From positions 1 to 64,000 of the forward strand of contig JAHPZJ010000006.1 in assembly GCA_019058245.1 (NCBI GenBank): 64,000 nt of DNA. Reading direction: 5' to 3'. This document shows, one piece after another, positions 20,096 to 29,759 of the stretch (position 1 is its first letter; each line of letters opens with the position of its first letter). The translations under genes were made by a program, and so were the position numbers. The notes under the pieces are model-generated. The model was not told where the DNA came from, searched no databases, and saw only the letters and a program-made list of their open reading frames with translations. Source of the DNA: Promethearchaeota archaeon (GTDB lineage: Archaea > Asgardarchaeota > Lokiarchaeia > Sigyniarchaeales > SOKP01).

Positions 20096-21067
20096 ATGAG
20101 CATAAATGCACTACCTATTGCGATTGAAATTAAAGATCTCAAAAAACATTTTAAAGAAATTAAGGCAGTTGATGGTATATCCTTAAAGATTAAGAAAGGT
20201 GAATTGTTTAGCATTCTTGGACCGAATGGAGCTGGAAAAACCACATTAGTGCGTATGTTAACCACTGTTTTAACTCCTACTGTTGGAGATGCGAATATTA
20301 ATGGATATAGTATTCTGACTGGAAAAAAGGATATTGTTAAGAAAATTGGTGTATGTCCTCAAGAAATAACCATATATGATGTTTTAAGAGCTGAAGAAAA
20401 TGTTGAATTCGTAGCAGCTATGCATGGAATTCCTCGTAGAGAAGCAAAAGAAAAAGCTATTAAGCTTCTAGAGGAATTTGGTATTGCAGGAAGGAAAGAT
20501 TGGTCAAAAAACTTCTCAGGGGGTATGAAAAGACGGTTAAATCTTGCAATGTCATTGATCTTCGAACCAGAGATTCTTTTTCTTGATGAGCCTACTGCGG
20601 GTCTTGATCCTCAAGCAAGGCGACTTGTCTGGGATTTTATTAGAGATTTAAAAAGTAGAGATATTACAATTATACTTATGACACATGATATGGTTGAGGC
20701 GGATTCTTTAAGTGATCGTGTCGCAATTATAGATAATGGTAAGATCATAGCTATGGGAACTCCAACCGAATTGAAAGAGAAATATGGGAGTGATAATGTA
20801 TTAGAAGTCTCTTTCATTGAAAAAAACGATCTTGAAGTAGTAAAAAGCAACATAAAAAATCTTCCATTTGTTGCTAATTCAAGTGAAATCCACAGGAAGG
20901 ATAGGGACACATTACTTATTTCTTTTCAGGGTGGTTTAAAAAACCTTGTAAAACTTTTACAACAAGGACTTATTGAAAACATTGATGAGGTTGAAAATAT
21001 GAAGTTTAGACAAAATTCACTAGAAGATGTATTTTTAAATTTAACAGGAAGGAGGTTGAGAGATTAG
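20096..21067 (+). CDS. ABC exporter ATP-binding protein (DrrA-like)
   Basis: GPNGAGKT, FSGGM, LFLDEPT, C-terminal 'SLEDVFLNLTG'. Confidence 0.95.
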   Translation: MSINALPIAIEIKDLKKHFKEIKAVDGISLKIKKGELFSILGPNGAGKTTLVRMLTTVLTPTVGDANINGYSILTGKKDIVKKIGVCPQEITIYDVLRAEENVEFVAAMHGIPRREAKEKAIKLLEEFGIAGRKDWSKNFSGGMKRRLNLAMSLIFEPEILFLDEPTAGLDPQARRLVWDFIRDLKSRDITIILMTHDMVEADSLSDRVAIIDNGKIIAMGTPTELKEKYGSDNVLEVSFIEKNDLEVVKSNIKNLPFVANSSEIHRKDRDTLLISFQGGLKNLVKLLQQGLIENIDEVENMKFRQNSLEDVFLNLTGRRLRD

Positions 21068-21068
21068 A

Positions 21069-21869
21069 TTGTCCATTTTAGATAATAAAATACTCCAAAT
21101 TTCTGTTAAGAATGTGAAAGAGAAGTTAAGGCATTGGCAATTTTTATTTTTTTCTCTTGGATTACCAATTATGTTTACTCTTATGTTTTACTTCATACTT
21201 GGAACTGAAGAAGACCCTTCGGGTCGTACTGGTTTTGATTATGGCTTTTCTGGGATGGTGATATATGCAGTCGGTATTGGTACTATGAATGCTGCGATAA
21301 TGTTTGCAGGAGAAAAAGGTTCCGGAATGCTTACTCGTTTAGATACTATGCCTACTGGAAGGAAAAATATCTTTCTTGGGACTTTAATTTCTGAGACATT
21401 TTTTTTAATGCTTCAGATTATAATAATGTTTATCATCGGTTATGGTTTTCTGGGTTTATATTTTGTAAACCCTTTAGTATTATTTATAGCATTCTTGGTA
21501 ACTATTCTATTCGGGATCTCCTCTGTTGGAATGGGGATAATGATTGCTAGTGTTTCTAAAAATGTAGAAATAGCGAATGCCTTTTCACTTATGGTCTATA
21601 TGATCCTTATATTTATCTCGGGGAGTTTAATGCCGTTTGAAAGCGTTATTGTATATTTTACACCACCTTATTGGGCAAAACAATTATATTTACAACTTAC
21701 TGTCATGGGAGATGGATTTAATGATAATTTATATAGTAGTTCATTAATAGGCGCGGGAGCAAAAGCTATACCAATTACTCTCTTAGGTGGATTATTAATA
21801 ATTGTAGCATATACAGTAATTTTTGTAATATTAGGCATTCTACTTTTCCAGAAAAAAACTAAATTCTAA
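21069..21869 (+). CDS. ABC-2 permease
   Basis: About 6 TMs, 'EKGSGML.RL..MP'; directly follows the ATPase. Confidence 0.9.
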   Translation: MSILDNKILQISVKNVKEKLRHWQFLFFSLGLPIMFTLMFYFILGTEEDPSGRTGFDYGFSGMVIYAVGIGTMNAAIMFAGEKGSGMLTRLDTMPTGRKNIFLGTLISETFFLMLQIIIMFIIGYGFLGLYFVNPLVLFIAFLVTILFGISSVGMGIMIASVSKNVEIANAFSLMVYMILIFISGSLMPFESVIVYFTPPYWAKQLYLQLTVMGDGFNDNLYSSSLIGAGAKAIPITLLGGLLIIVAYTVIFVILGILLFQKKTKF

Positions 21870-21876
21870 TCCTAAA

Positions 21877-21888
21877 CCTTTTTTTTTA
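21877..21888 (+). terminator. Oligo-T tract, probable archaeal intrinsic terminator
   Basis: T run just after the permease stop. Confidence 0.4.
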
Positions 21889-21999
21889 ATATTCAAAATT
21901 TTTAATTTTTTACTAAAATAATCTATAGTATTAAATTCAGAAAGTACAAAAATTCTCAAAACTTTTTCTATTAAATTACGAATAATCGTTTCAATAATT

Positions 22000-23022
22000 T
22001 TGTCTAGTTCTAAATTTGAATTAAAAGAAATTGATGGGATCCATCAGATAAAAATAAACGTTCCTTTTCCTGTTAAATATGTTTGCGTTTATCTCTTTGA
22101 GTTAAATGGAAAAAAGATATTAATTGATTCTGGTTTAAACATGGGTAATTGGAAGAATAACTTATTCGCAGCTTTCGAAGAATTAAATACATCTATACAA
22201 GATATTGATTACTGTATTATCACTCATTTACATACTGACCATATAGGACTAATTCACATTCTTAAAAAAAAGAATCCTGACCTTAAAATCTTAATGCACG
22301 ACATAACTCATGAACTATTGAAATGGGAAACTTCCAAGAATAATTTAAAAATTATTGAAAACAAAGCAAAAGAAGAAGTAAAACAACTAATAAAATATGG
22401 AATGAGTGAAAAACAGGGGGATAGAATAGTATATTTTTTTACTTTTTGGCCTAGATTATTAGAATATCAAAAACCGGATATTATTGTACATGATGGAGAT
22501 GTAACATTCGATAGATTAGAAATTATTTGGACCCCTGGACATAGTTTTGGTCATATTTGTATCTATGATAAACAAAAACAAATTCTTTTCTCGGGGGATC
22601 ATATTCTTAGCAGAATTACACCTCATATTGGAAATTATTTAATACCTGATTATTTAGCAGAGCAATATAAAGAATATGACTTTGAAAATATATTAAAATA
22701 CTACTTAGAATCATTAGATAAGATAGATAAGTTAAATCCTAAGATTATTTTGCCTGCCCATCAAGATATCATTTTTAATCCTCATGAACGAATATTACAG
22801 ATAAAAGATCATCATAAAAGGAGATTGAGTGAAATTTCAAGTGTAATTAAAGATAAACCACTGACAGCATATAAAATATCTCAAATCCACTTTGGAGAAG
22901 ATCTAGATGAAATGAATTCGTTTATGGCATTAAGCGAAGTTTTAGGTCATCTTTTTTATCTACAAGCTCAGGAGAAAGTTAAGATAATTGAGAAAAATGG
23001 AAAAATATTATATTATAGTTAG
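22000..23022 (+). CDS. MBL-fold metallo-hydrolase
   Basis: THLHTDHIG, TPGHS.GH, SGDH and PAH motifs. Confidence 0.93.
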   Translation: MSSSKFELKEIDGIHQIKINVPFPVKYVCVYLFELNGKKILIDSGLNMGNWKNNLFAAFEELNTSIQDIDYCIITHLHTDHIGLIHILKKKNPDLKILMHDITHELLKWETSKNNLKIIENKAKEEVKQLIKYGMSEKQGDRIVYFFTFWPRLLEYQKPDIIVHDGDVTFDRLEIIWTPGHSFGHICIYDKQKQILFSGDHILSRITPHIGNYLIPDYLAEQYKEYDFENILKYYLESLDKIDKLNPKIILPAHQDIIFNPHERILQIKDHHKRRLSEISSVIKDKPLTAYKISQIHFGEDLDEMNSFMALSEVLGHLFYLQAQEKVKIIEKNGKILYYS

Positions 23023-23037
23023 TTTTTAGAAGATGTT

Positions 23038-23625
23038 ATGATAGAATGGATTAATTTCTTAATATTAATTATTTCAACGCTGTTAATGGCTTTCTTTTAT
23101 ATCAAAAGTGTAGCACCTGCAAAATTAGAAGAAAAATTAGGGGATGTTGCCTATAAAAAATGTGGAATTTATCGAGTTATTGCGAGTTTTTTTGAATTAA
23201 TAGCAATATTAAATTATATTCTTTATTTCTTTTTCCCTTTACCAATTCTTATAGCTCAATTCTTTATATGGGATTATTCGATTTCTGTTATTCTAAGTTT
23301 ATTGATTCTTTTTCCTTGTTTATATATTATGCTTAAAGGAGTCAAAGATGCAGGAAAAGAAGCATTGTTTCCAGATAAAGAACATACTCTTTATAAGGGA
23401 ATATATGAAAAAATTCGTCATCCTCAAGCTCTAGGAGAGGTCTTTCTTTGGTGGGCAGCTGCTTTACTGTTAAATTCTCCATTTCTGTTTCTATATTCTA
23501 TAGTCTGGTTTCCCATATTTTATTGGTTTTGTAAAGCTGAAGAAAAAGATTTGATTTTAAGATATGGAGAATCTTATATAGAGTATAGAAATCGAACAGG
23601 AATGTTTTTTCCAAAAAAAAAATAA
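23038..23625 (+). CDS. ICMT/PEMT-family membrane methyltransferase
   Basis: TM protein with 'GIY..IRHPQ' and 'EEKDL..RYG..Y..Y......FFP'. Confidence 0.85.
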   Translation: MIEWINFLILIISTLLMAFFYIKSVAPAKLEEKLGDVAYKKCGIYRVIASFFELIAILNYILYFFFPLPILIAQFFIWDYSISVILSLLILFPCLYIMLKGVKDAGKEALFPDKEHTLYKGIYEKIRHPQALGEVFLWWAAALLLNSPFLFLYSIVWFPIFYWFCKAEEKDLILRYGESYIEYRNRTGMFFPKKK

Positions 23626-23763
23626 TTTCAAATGAAATCCTAAAATTATTAAGTTTCTATTTAACATTGAATTTTTTTATAAAATAAGAAAAAAGATAAA
23701 ATAAAATAATACTAATTCCTAAATCATTAGAATAATATTTATGGAATATTTGAAGAAAATAAA

Positions 23764-24330
23764 ATGTCAATAGTCATTCAAAATTTAAAAGAAGCTATTA
23801 ATGGAGAGAGTAATGCTAAAAGAAAATATGAATTGTATGCAGAAAAAGCAAAAGAAGAAAATCTTCCTGAAGTTGCTGATTTGTTTGAAGCGATTTCATC
23901 TGCAGAAGCAATCCATATTAAAAACCATATAAGAGCTTTAAAAGTTCTAACTAATAAAGATGTTAAAATAGAACAATTCGTAGAAGTGAATGAACATGAT
24001 TTGAAACAAAATCTAAAAGACACAAAAGCGAATTTAATTGATGCTATTAATGGGGAAACTTATGAAACTAAGAAAATGTATAAAAATTTTGTAAAAAGTT
24101 CTAAGAAAGAGGGAAGTGAAGTTGCTGAGTTGTCATTTTCATTAGCAAGAAAAGCTGAGAAAGTTCATGCCAAATTATTTTCAATCTACTTAAAATTATT
24201 AGAAAATAACAAACCAATTGAAAAAAGGAAAATTTTTGTATGTCAGATTTGTGGAAATGTGGAATTTGAAGCACCGCCCTCAGTTTGCCCAATTTGTGAA
24301 CATAGTCAAAAGTTCTTTAAACAATACTAG
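23764..24330 (+). CDS. rbr: Rubrerythrin
   Basis: GES.A..KY, E..H, GE.YE and EKVH di-iron ligands; C-terminal CQICG...CPIC rubredoxin domain. Confidence 0.95.
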   Translation: MSIVIQNLKEAINGESNAKRKYELYAEKAKEENLPEVADLFEAISSAEAIHIKNHIRALKVLTNKDVKIEQFVEVNEHDLKQNLKDTKANLIDAINGETYETKKMYKNFVKSSKKEGSEVAELSFSLARKAEKVHAKLFSIYLKLLENNKPIEKRKIFVCQICGNVEFEAPPSVCPICEHSQKFFKQY

Positions 24331-24345
24331 TTTCCTTTTTTCTAT

Positions 24346-25056
24346 TTAAACAACTGTGATCAAATGTTCAAGTACTGTACCAATTCCGTATGAGGCTATA
24401 AAAGCTACAATTCCAATAATTACCATCTCTATTCCACTTCTGATCTTATTTTCTCCAGTAATTTTAGTCTTTAAAACTCCTACTATAAATAGCAAGGTAA
24501 AAGATATTATTGAGGATTGAATCAATGAAATTAAACCTAAATTAAAAAAATAGGCAAATAATGTTAGAAATGACCCAAAAACAAATGAAATAAATGTGAG
24601 TATTGCTCCTATAAGGGGTTTTTCCGGTTCTTCTAATCCTAACTCACTTTTAGTTAAAAAATCTAACCAAACTTGTTTATCTGAAGTAATAGTGTCTACA
24701 CAAGCATTAAGAGTTTCTCCTTTAAGCCCCATGTTTTCAAAAATCTCAAAAACTTCTGTTCGCTCCTCTTCTGGAAATAATTCTATCTCAGCTTTCTCTT
24801 TTTTTAATTCATTTTTTATATAATTATATTCTGATTTACTTGATATATATTCACCAAGTCCCATACTTATAGCTCCTGAAACCATCGCGGCAAAACCTGT
24901 TAATATTACAATTGAATTATTGCCTGTTGCAGCTAGAGTAGCTGCTGCCACTCCTACTAAGAGAGTAAATGTGGATATTAACCCATCATTCATCCCTAAA
25001 ATAACACTGCGGATCTTTCCTCCGCCTACTATATGTTCTTCTTGCCTAGGACTCAA
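24346..25056 (-). CDS. VIT1/CCC1 family Fe2+/Mn2+ transporter
   Basis: 'ILGMNDGL', 'GAISMGLGEYISSKSE', 'ELGL'. Confidence 0.93.
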   Translation of the reverse strand: MSPRQEEHIVGGGKIRSVILGMNDGLISTFTLLVGVAAATLAATGNNSIVILTGFAAMVSGAISMGLGEYISSKSEYNYIKNELKKEKAEIELFPEEERTEVFEIFENMGLKGETLNACVDTITSDKQVWLDFLTKSELGLEEPEKPLIGAILTFISFVFGSFLTLFAYFFNLGLISLIQSSIISFTLLFIVGVLKTKITGENKIRSGIEMVIIGIVAFIASYGIGTVLEHLITVV

Positions 25057-25264
25057 TTTTTACCACAATCCAATTTTTTTTTCTAAATTTTGAAAGGGAA
25101 ATAGAGTAGAAATTATTAAATAAAATATAAAAATGGATATTTGAAAAAAATTTCTTAAATTAAAACTAGAGTTTAACTAATAAATAAAAAAACATAAAAA
25201 AAATCGAAAAATATTAAACTCAAATAAAAAATTTAATCTGGTTTTAGAACTGAGTTTTATAGGA

Positions 25265-26344
25265 TTGGATGAAATTAAAAAATTACTAAAGGATTATCCT
25301 TTAATAAAGGATCGTGAGATAATATCTAAGATTTTAAAGGGGGAAAAGCTTTCTGAAAGGGAATTAACACGAGCTTTCCAAATGTCGCTCCCACTTTTCA
25401 CTTTAATAGTATTAAATAAAAGATATGAAAAGAATAGGCAAATTATTGAAACAAATTGGGTTAATAGTGAGTTCCCTAAATTAAATGATATGGGTACAGT
25501 AAAAAATTTGGAAATTATTCCTTTAATTGATTATCATGCTGAAAACAATTTATTTACCGAAAAAGGTGTTTCTTACTGCATTAAAGCAGATGACATTTGT
25601 ATTTTATATGATACGGGTTTAAATCCTAATAGAAAACATCCATCATCCCTTCTAAAAAATATGGAGGCTTTAGGTATTGAAGTAGAAGACTTTAATTACA
25701 TATTTATTTCACATTTACATGGTGATCATGTAGGAGGATTAAAATGGGCTCAACAGAATACATTCTCACTCTCAGATACTCAACTCAACTTAAGCCATAT
25801 AACAGCATTTACTCCTGTTCCTATGTCTCATCCTACAGCCACTTTACGGCATGTTAAAAAACCAGAAGTCATAGGAGATGGTATAGCGTCTACTGGTCCT
25901 ATTCAAAATCCATTGTTCTTTTTTAAAGATATTTATGAACAAGCCATGGTTATAAATGTTGAAGAAAAAGGTCTTGTGGTTATTGTTGGTTGTGGACATC
26001 AAGGAGTTAAAAAAATAATAGATCGTGTTGAATCCTTATTTGATATACCTATTTATGGTTTTATTGGAGGATTGCATTTACCCATTCCAGAATTCCCAGG
26101 GGAAGAAAATGATTGGTCTGGATTACCATTACTTAAATTTATCATGACAAAAAGACCCCCATGGGAACCGTGGGATGAAAATGATCGGGATTTCGCATTG
26201 AATTATTTAAAAGATAGAAATCCTAAGCTAGTGGCCCTTTCACCTCATGATAGCAGCATTGAAAGCATTAATACTTTTAAAGATACATTTAAGGAATCTT
26301 ATACTGATTTAAAGGTTGGAAAAGCTATTAAAATAGTCAAATAA
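25265..26344 (+). CDS. MBL-fold metallo-hydrolase (MJ0448/COG1237-like)
   Basis: 'SHLHGDHVGG', 'GCGH.G', 'GGLHL'. Confidence 0.85.
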   Translation: MDEIKKLLKDYPLIKDREIISKILKGEKLSERELTRAFQMSLPLFTLIVLNKRYEKNRQIIETNWVNSEFPKLNDMGTVKNLEIIPLIDYHAENNLFTEKGVSYCIKADDICILYDTGLNPNRKHPSSLLKNMEALGIEVEDFNYIFISHLHGDHVGGLKWAQQNTFSLSDTQLNLSHITAFTPVPMSHPTATLRHVKKPEVIGDGIASTGPIQNPLFFFKDIYEQAMVINVEEKGLVVIVGCGHQGVKKIIDRVESLFDIPIYGFIGGLHLPIPEFPGEENDWSGLPLLKFIMTKRPPWEPWDENDRDFALNYLKDRNPKLVALSPHDSSIESINTFKDTFKESYTDLKVGKAIKIVK

Positions 26345-26365
26345 AAAAATTTAAAGATTAATTGA

Positions 26366-26791
26366 TTAAATATCTTTACGATCTACTACTTTAATTTCCA
26401 TAACAATATTACCCCAACCACCACACTCTAAACCGGGATCAGGACACCCTACTGTATTTAAAAGTATTTCATTTGGATCTTGGCCTGATATCATAAGCAT
26501 GGAAGTAGCATATACTAAATTCTGTACTGCACCCAAGGCAGACATGCAAATTCTTTTTGGACAAAGTTGTGTCAGTAAAGTTCCAAAACCATCAAAAAAA
26601 AACTTATCTCCAACTTTATGTTGAACATTACAGCCATGTGACTTGATAACTTCTATTACAATTGTCTTATTAATTAAGTTAGGTGCCTTCTTAAGAATTT
26701 CAATATTAATTGGATTTTCCATAAACATTTTCATTTCTTCATCATTATATCCTAAACGACTTTTCATATAGTCCTGAATTTCTTTAGACAT
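26366..26791 (-). CDS. TIGR04076-family Cys-rich protein
   Basis: 'VI...GC...HKVGD.F', 'C..A', 'CPDPG....G.IV.EI'. Confidence 0.7.
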   Translation of the reverse strand: MSKEIQDYMKSRLGYNDEEMKMFMENPINIEILKKAPNLINKTIVIEVIKSHGCNVQHKVGDKFFFDGFGTLLTQLCPKRICMSALGAVQNLVYATSMLMISGQDPNEILLNTVGCPDPGLECGGWGNIVMEIKVVDRKDI

Positions 26792-26931
26792 GATTACTTT
26801 TTCACTCTAAATGTTTTTTTTACTATTTTAATTTATAGATTATTAATTTATCTAAAACTTTTATTATTTACTTTTAAAGTAATGAATAATAAGTAGAAAG
26901 ATAAAAAAAAAGTGTTTTTCAATATGTTTTT

Positions 26932-27864
26932 TTAAGCTTGAATTACTTCCATTAATTTAGGGAATATTCGGGGATAATGCACTGCCATACAATGCACACC
27001 TGCTAACAATCCTTTTCGCTTTAGCTCAGAAATAAAGGGCTTGAAAAACTCATAGTTTGCTTGATCATATACTCTTTTTTGTTCCTTTTTATCATCCTTA
27101 AACTCAGTTTTGATATTTTTCCATTTCGCCAAAATATCTTTTGGAACATCAACTCCAGGAACAAATGTATCAAAACCCTTAGCAATACCATAACTTTTCA
27201 TTGGAAAAATTCCAAGTAAAACAGGTACATTATATTTTTTGATCTCACTTAAAAATTCAATAGTTCGATCCAAATCATATACAACTTGAGTTTGTATAAA
27301 TTCACAACCTGCTTGAGCCTTTCTTCCAATTTTTAAAATCTCAGCTTCCATAGGGTCTGCATTTGGATTCGCAGCAGCTCCTACATGTAGAGTAGGAGGG
27401 TGCTCAATTTCATGACCATTTATTGTTCCCTTATCAACCATTTCTTTTACTAATCTAACTAAAGTTGCTGAATCAAGATCAAATACTGGTTTTGATTCAG
27501 GCATATCTCCGAGTGCAGGATGATCACCAGTAAGAGATAACACATTCCTTAGCCCTAATGCATGACCACCCATAATCATTCCAGCAATTCCCAGTTTGTT
27601 CACGTCTCTTACTGTTAATTGCCAAATTACTTCTAATCCAGCTTCTTTTTGAATAATATGAGAAGCGGCCATACTATTAATTGTCACTATCCCAAGTGGG
27701 CTATCGGTTACATTAGCAGCAACTACGTATGGGGCCATTTCTTTAGCTTCTTGGATTGTATGTGAAAGATCACACGTTTTTTCAGGCTCAAGTTCACCTG
27801 TTAGTATGAAATCCCCATTCGCTAATTTTTCGCCCAATTTAGAATATATTTTTTTTTCTACCAT
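26932..27864 (-). CDS. metF: Methylenetetrahydrofolate reductase catalytic subunit (copy 1)
   Basis: 'TGELEP', 'ANVTD', 'QLTVRD.N', 'L.LTGDH...GD....PVFDLDS', 'G.EFIQTQ', 'GVHCMA'. Confidence 0.92.
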   Translation of the reverse strand: MVEKKIYSKLGEKLANGDFILTGELEPEKTCDLSHTIQEAKEMAPYVVAANVTDSPLGIVTINSMAASHIIQKEAGLEVIWQLTVRDVNKLGIAGMIMGGHALGLRNVLSLTGDHPALGDMPESKPVFDLDSATLVRLVKEMVDKGTINGHEIEHPPTLHVGAAANPNADPMEAEILKIGRKAQAGCEFIQTQVVYDLDRTIEFLSEIKKYNVPVLLGIFPMKSYGIAKGFDTFVPGVDVPKDILAKWKNIKTEFKDDKKEQKRVYDQANYEFFKPFISELKRKGLLAGVHCMAVHYPRIFPKLMEVIQA

Positions 27865-27871
27865 TTTAACT

Positions 27872-28552
27872 CTACCTCCATATCACTTCTCGTTGATGGC
27901 CAGATTCACTCCAATCAACTGGATCTCTCAATTTAGAAAATAGATCTAATCTACCAATTTCTTTCAATCGATTATAAATTAAGACCCAGCCACAATCTTT
28001 CTCGTAATTCCCAACTTCACATTTACCATTAACCATTCCTCCACATGGTCCATTCATAAGCGATTTAGCACATGTAGTTATGGGACAAATACCACCTGTT
28101 TCATTCAATAGACAATCACCACATCCTCGACATCGCATATAAAATCTGCCAATTCTCTCCGTCATACCCATAAATTCGGTATTATTGGTAACAAACACTT
28201 TCTTTTGTGGATGTTTCTTAGAAAGCACCTCAATTGTAGATTGAACACCAAGTCCACAACTCAGTGTGACAATGGCATCAGCGTTTTGTATATCAGCATC
28301 ATTTTTACGCACAACTTTAGCCATCTCCCTATTATCACAAACATCATCTACTACGAGTCCATTCACTATTTCATATCCTTCTTTTTCTAAAATTTCTTTC
28401 CATTCTTCTAAACCTTGTTCGCCACCTGTTTGACATAAAGCTGAACAAACCCCACAACTTACAAGAAACAATTTTTTAGCATTATTATCCTTCAGAACAT
28501 TAAGAACTTCTTCTACCGGCTTTTTAGTAGTTATAACAACCATTTTCTTCAC
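27872..28552 (-). CDS. metV: MTHFR small Fe-S/Zn subunit MetV (copy 1b)
   Basis: 'C..C...CQTGG', 'CGLG', 'C.GCG.C.L..TGGICP.T.CAKSL.NGPCGG...GKCEV.....C.W..IY.RL'. Confidence 0.9.
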   Translation of the reverse strand: MKKMVVITTKKPVEEVLNVLKDNNAKKLFLVSCGVCSALCQTGGEQGLEEWKEILEKEGYEIVNGLVVDDVCDNREMAKVVRKNDADIQNADAIVTLSCGLGVQSTIEVLSKKHPQKKVFVTNNTEFMGMTERIGRFYMRCRGCGDCLLNETGGICPITTCAKSLMNGPCGGMVNGKCEVGNYEKDCGWVLIYNRLKEIGRLDLFSKLRDPVDWSESGHQREVIWR

Positions 28553-28697
28553 GTCTTTTTATAAGAAATAATTATTAAAACTTTAGATATTTTAAGTATT
28601 GAAATTAATCATGATATTTATTGTTTTGAATTATATAATGTAATGATTTCGAAAAATAAATTTTAAAAATAATAAATAGGGTTGAATAATTAAATGC

Positions 28698-28790
28698 TTA
28701 TTTAGACCCATATTCTCCTGCTAGTACAAACTTGCCATTAGCAGGTTTTTCATTGAATCAAAAGTAATTCTTTTTTTAGTTATATTGACT
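28698..28790 (-). pseudogene. Decayed 5' end of metF
   Basis: Reads 'NEKPANGKFVLAGEYGSK*' versus MetF 'GEKLANGDFILTGELEP'; the DNA after the metV stop (TAG AGTCAATATA..) parallels the intact copy (TAG AGTTAAAATG..). Confidence 0.75.
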
Positions 28791-29456
28791 CTATCGCCAC
28801 ACTACTTCACGTTGATGACCAGATTCACTCCAATTTACCGGATCTCTTAATTTCGAAAATAGATCTAATCTCCCTAACGCTTTCAACCGATTATATATTA
28901 AAACCCATCCGCAATCTTTCTCGTAATTCCCAACTTCACATTTACCATTAACCATCCCTCCACATGGTCCATTCATAAGAGATTTAGCACATGTTGTTAT
29001 AGGACAAATACCGCCAGTTTCGTTTAGTAAACAGTCCCCGCAACCACGACAATGCATATAGAAGCGACCAATTCTCTCTGTCATACCCATAAATTCTGTA
29101 TTAGTACCAATAAAAACTGGAATTAGAGGATATTTTCGTTCTAATGCTTTAACTATACTTGCAACTCCCAATCCACAACTTAATGTTAAAATAGCGTCTA
29201 TATTCTTTAGATCTTCATCTATTTGCCGAAAATCTTTCATCATAAGTCTGTTATCACATACTTCTTCAGGAACAATTGTAACTATTACTTCGAACCCCTC
29301 CTTCTCCAATTTTTCTGCCATTTCTTTTGCACCCTCGGTACCACCAGTTTGACACATTGCGGCACAACTTCCGCAAGATACGAGTCCAATCTTTTTTACA
29401 TCTTTTAAAACGCTTAAAATTTCTTCAAAGGGTTTTTTTGTGGTTATTACTGTCAT
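28791..29456 (-). CDS. metV: MTHFR small subunit MetV (copy 1a)
   Basis: Same Cys motifs; C-terminal half nearly identical to 27872-28552. Confidence 0.9.
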   Translation of the reverse strand: MTVITTKKPFEEILSVLKDVKKIGLVSCGSCAAMCQTGGTEGAKEMAEKLEKEGFEVIVTIVPEEVCDNRLMMKDFRQIDEDLKNIDAILTLSCGLGVASIVKALERKYPLIPVFIGTNTEFMGMTERIGRFYMHCRGCGDCLLNETGGICPITTCAKSLMNGPCGGMVNGKCEVGNYEKDCGWVLIYNRLKALGRLDLFSKLRDPVNWSESGHQREVVWR

Positions 29457-29759
29457 TTTCTAATTTTTCCTCTGCTTACTAATTTTGAATATCTTCAATA
29501 ATTATTGAAATTAATTATATTATTTTATAATTTGAATTTTATTATTAGCTAAGAAAAATCTTGTTGTATTTTATATAATTTTCTTAATTCTGTTATTTTA
29601 TAATTAAAAGTTAGGGAACTCATTTTAAATTCTAAAGTTAAATTGATAATTAAGGCATAATTTTTATTGTTAATTTCACAATGAATTCTTAAAATAAAAT
29701 TTCAGAGACGATTTAATATTAAAGATACTCGTTTTTCTCAAGAAGAAGGTAGTGTATTA

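Noticed and set aside
23038-23625. Eukaryote-like prenylation pathway (ICMT + CAAX protease + small GTPases)
   Set aside because: Neither GTPase ends in a CAAX motif (..SVVN, ..KYLV), the CPBP-like domain lacks catalytic residues, and ICMT/PEMT homologues are widespread in prokaryotes
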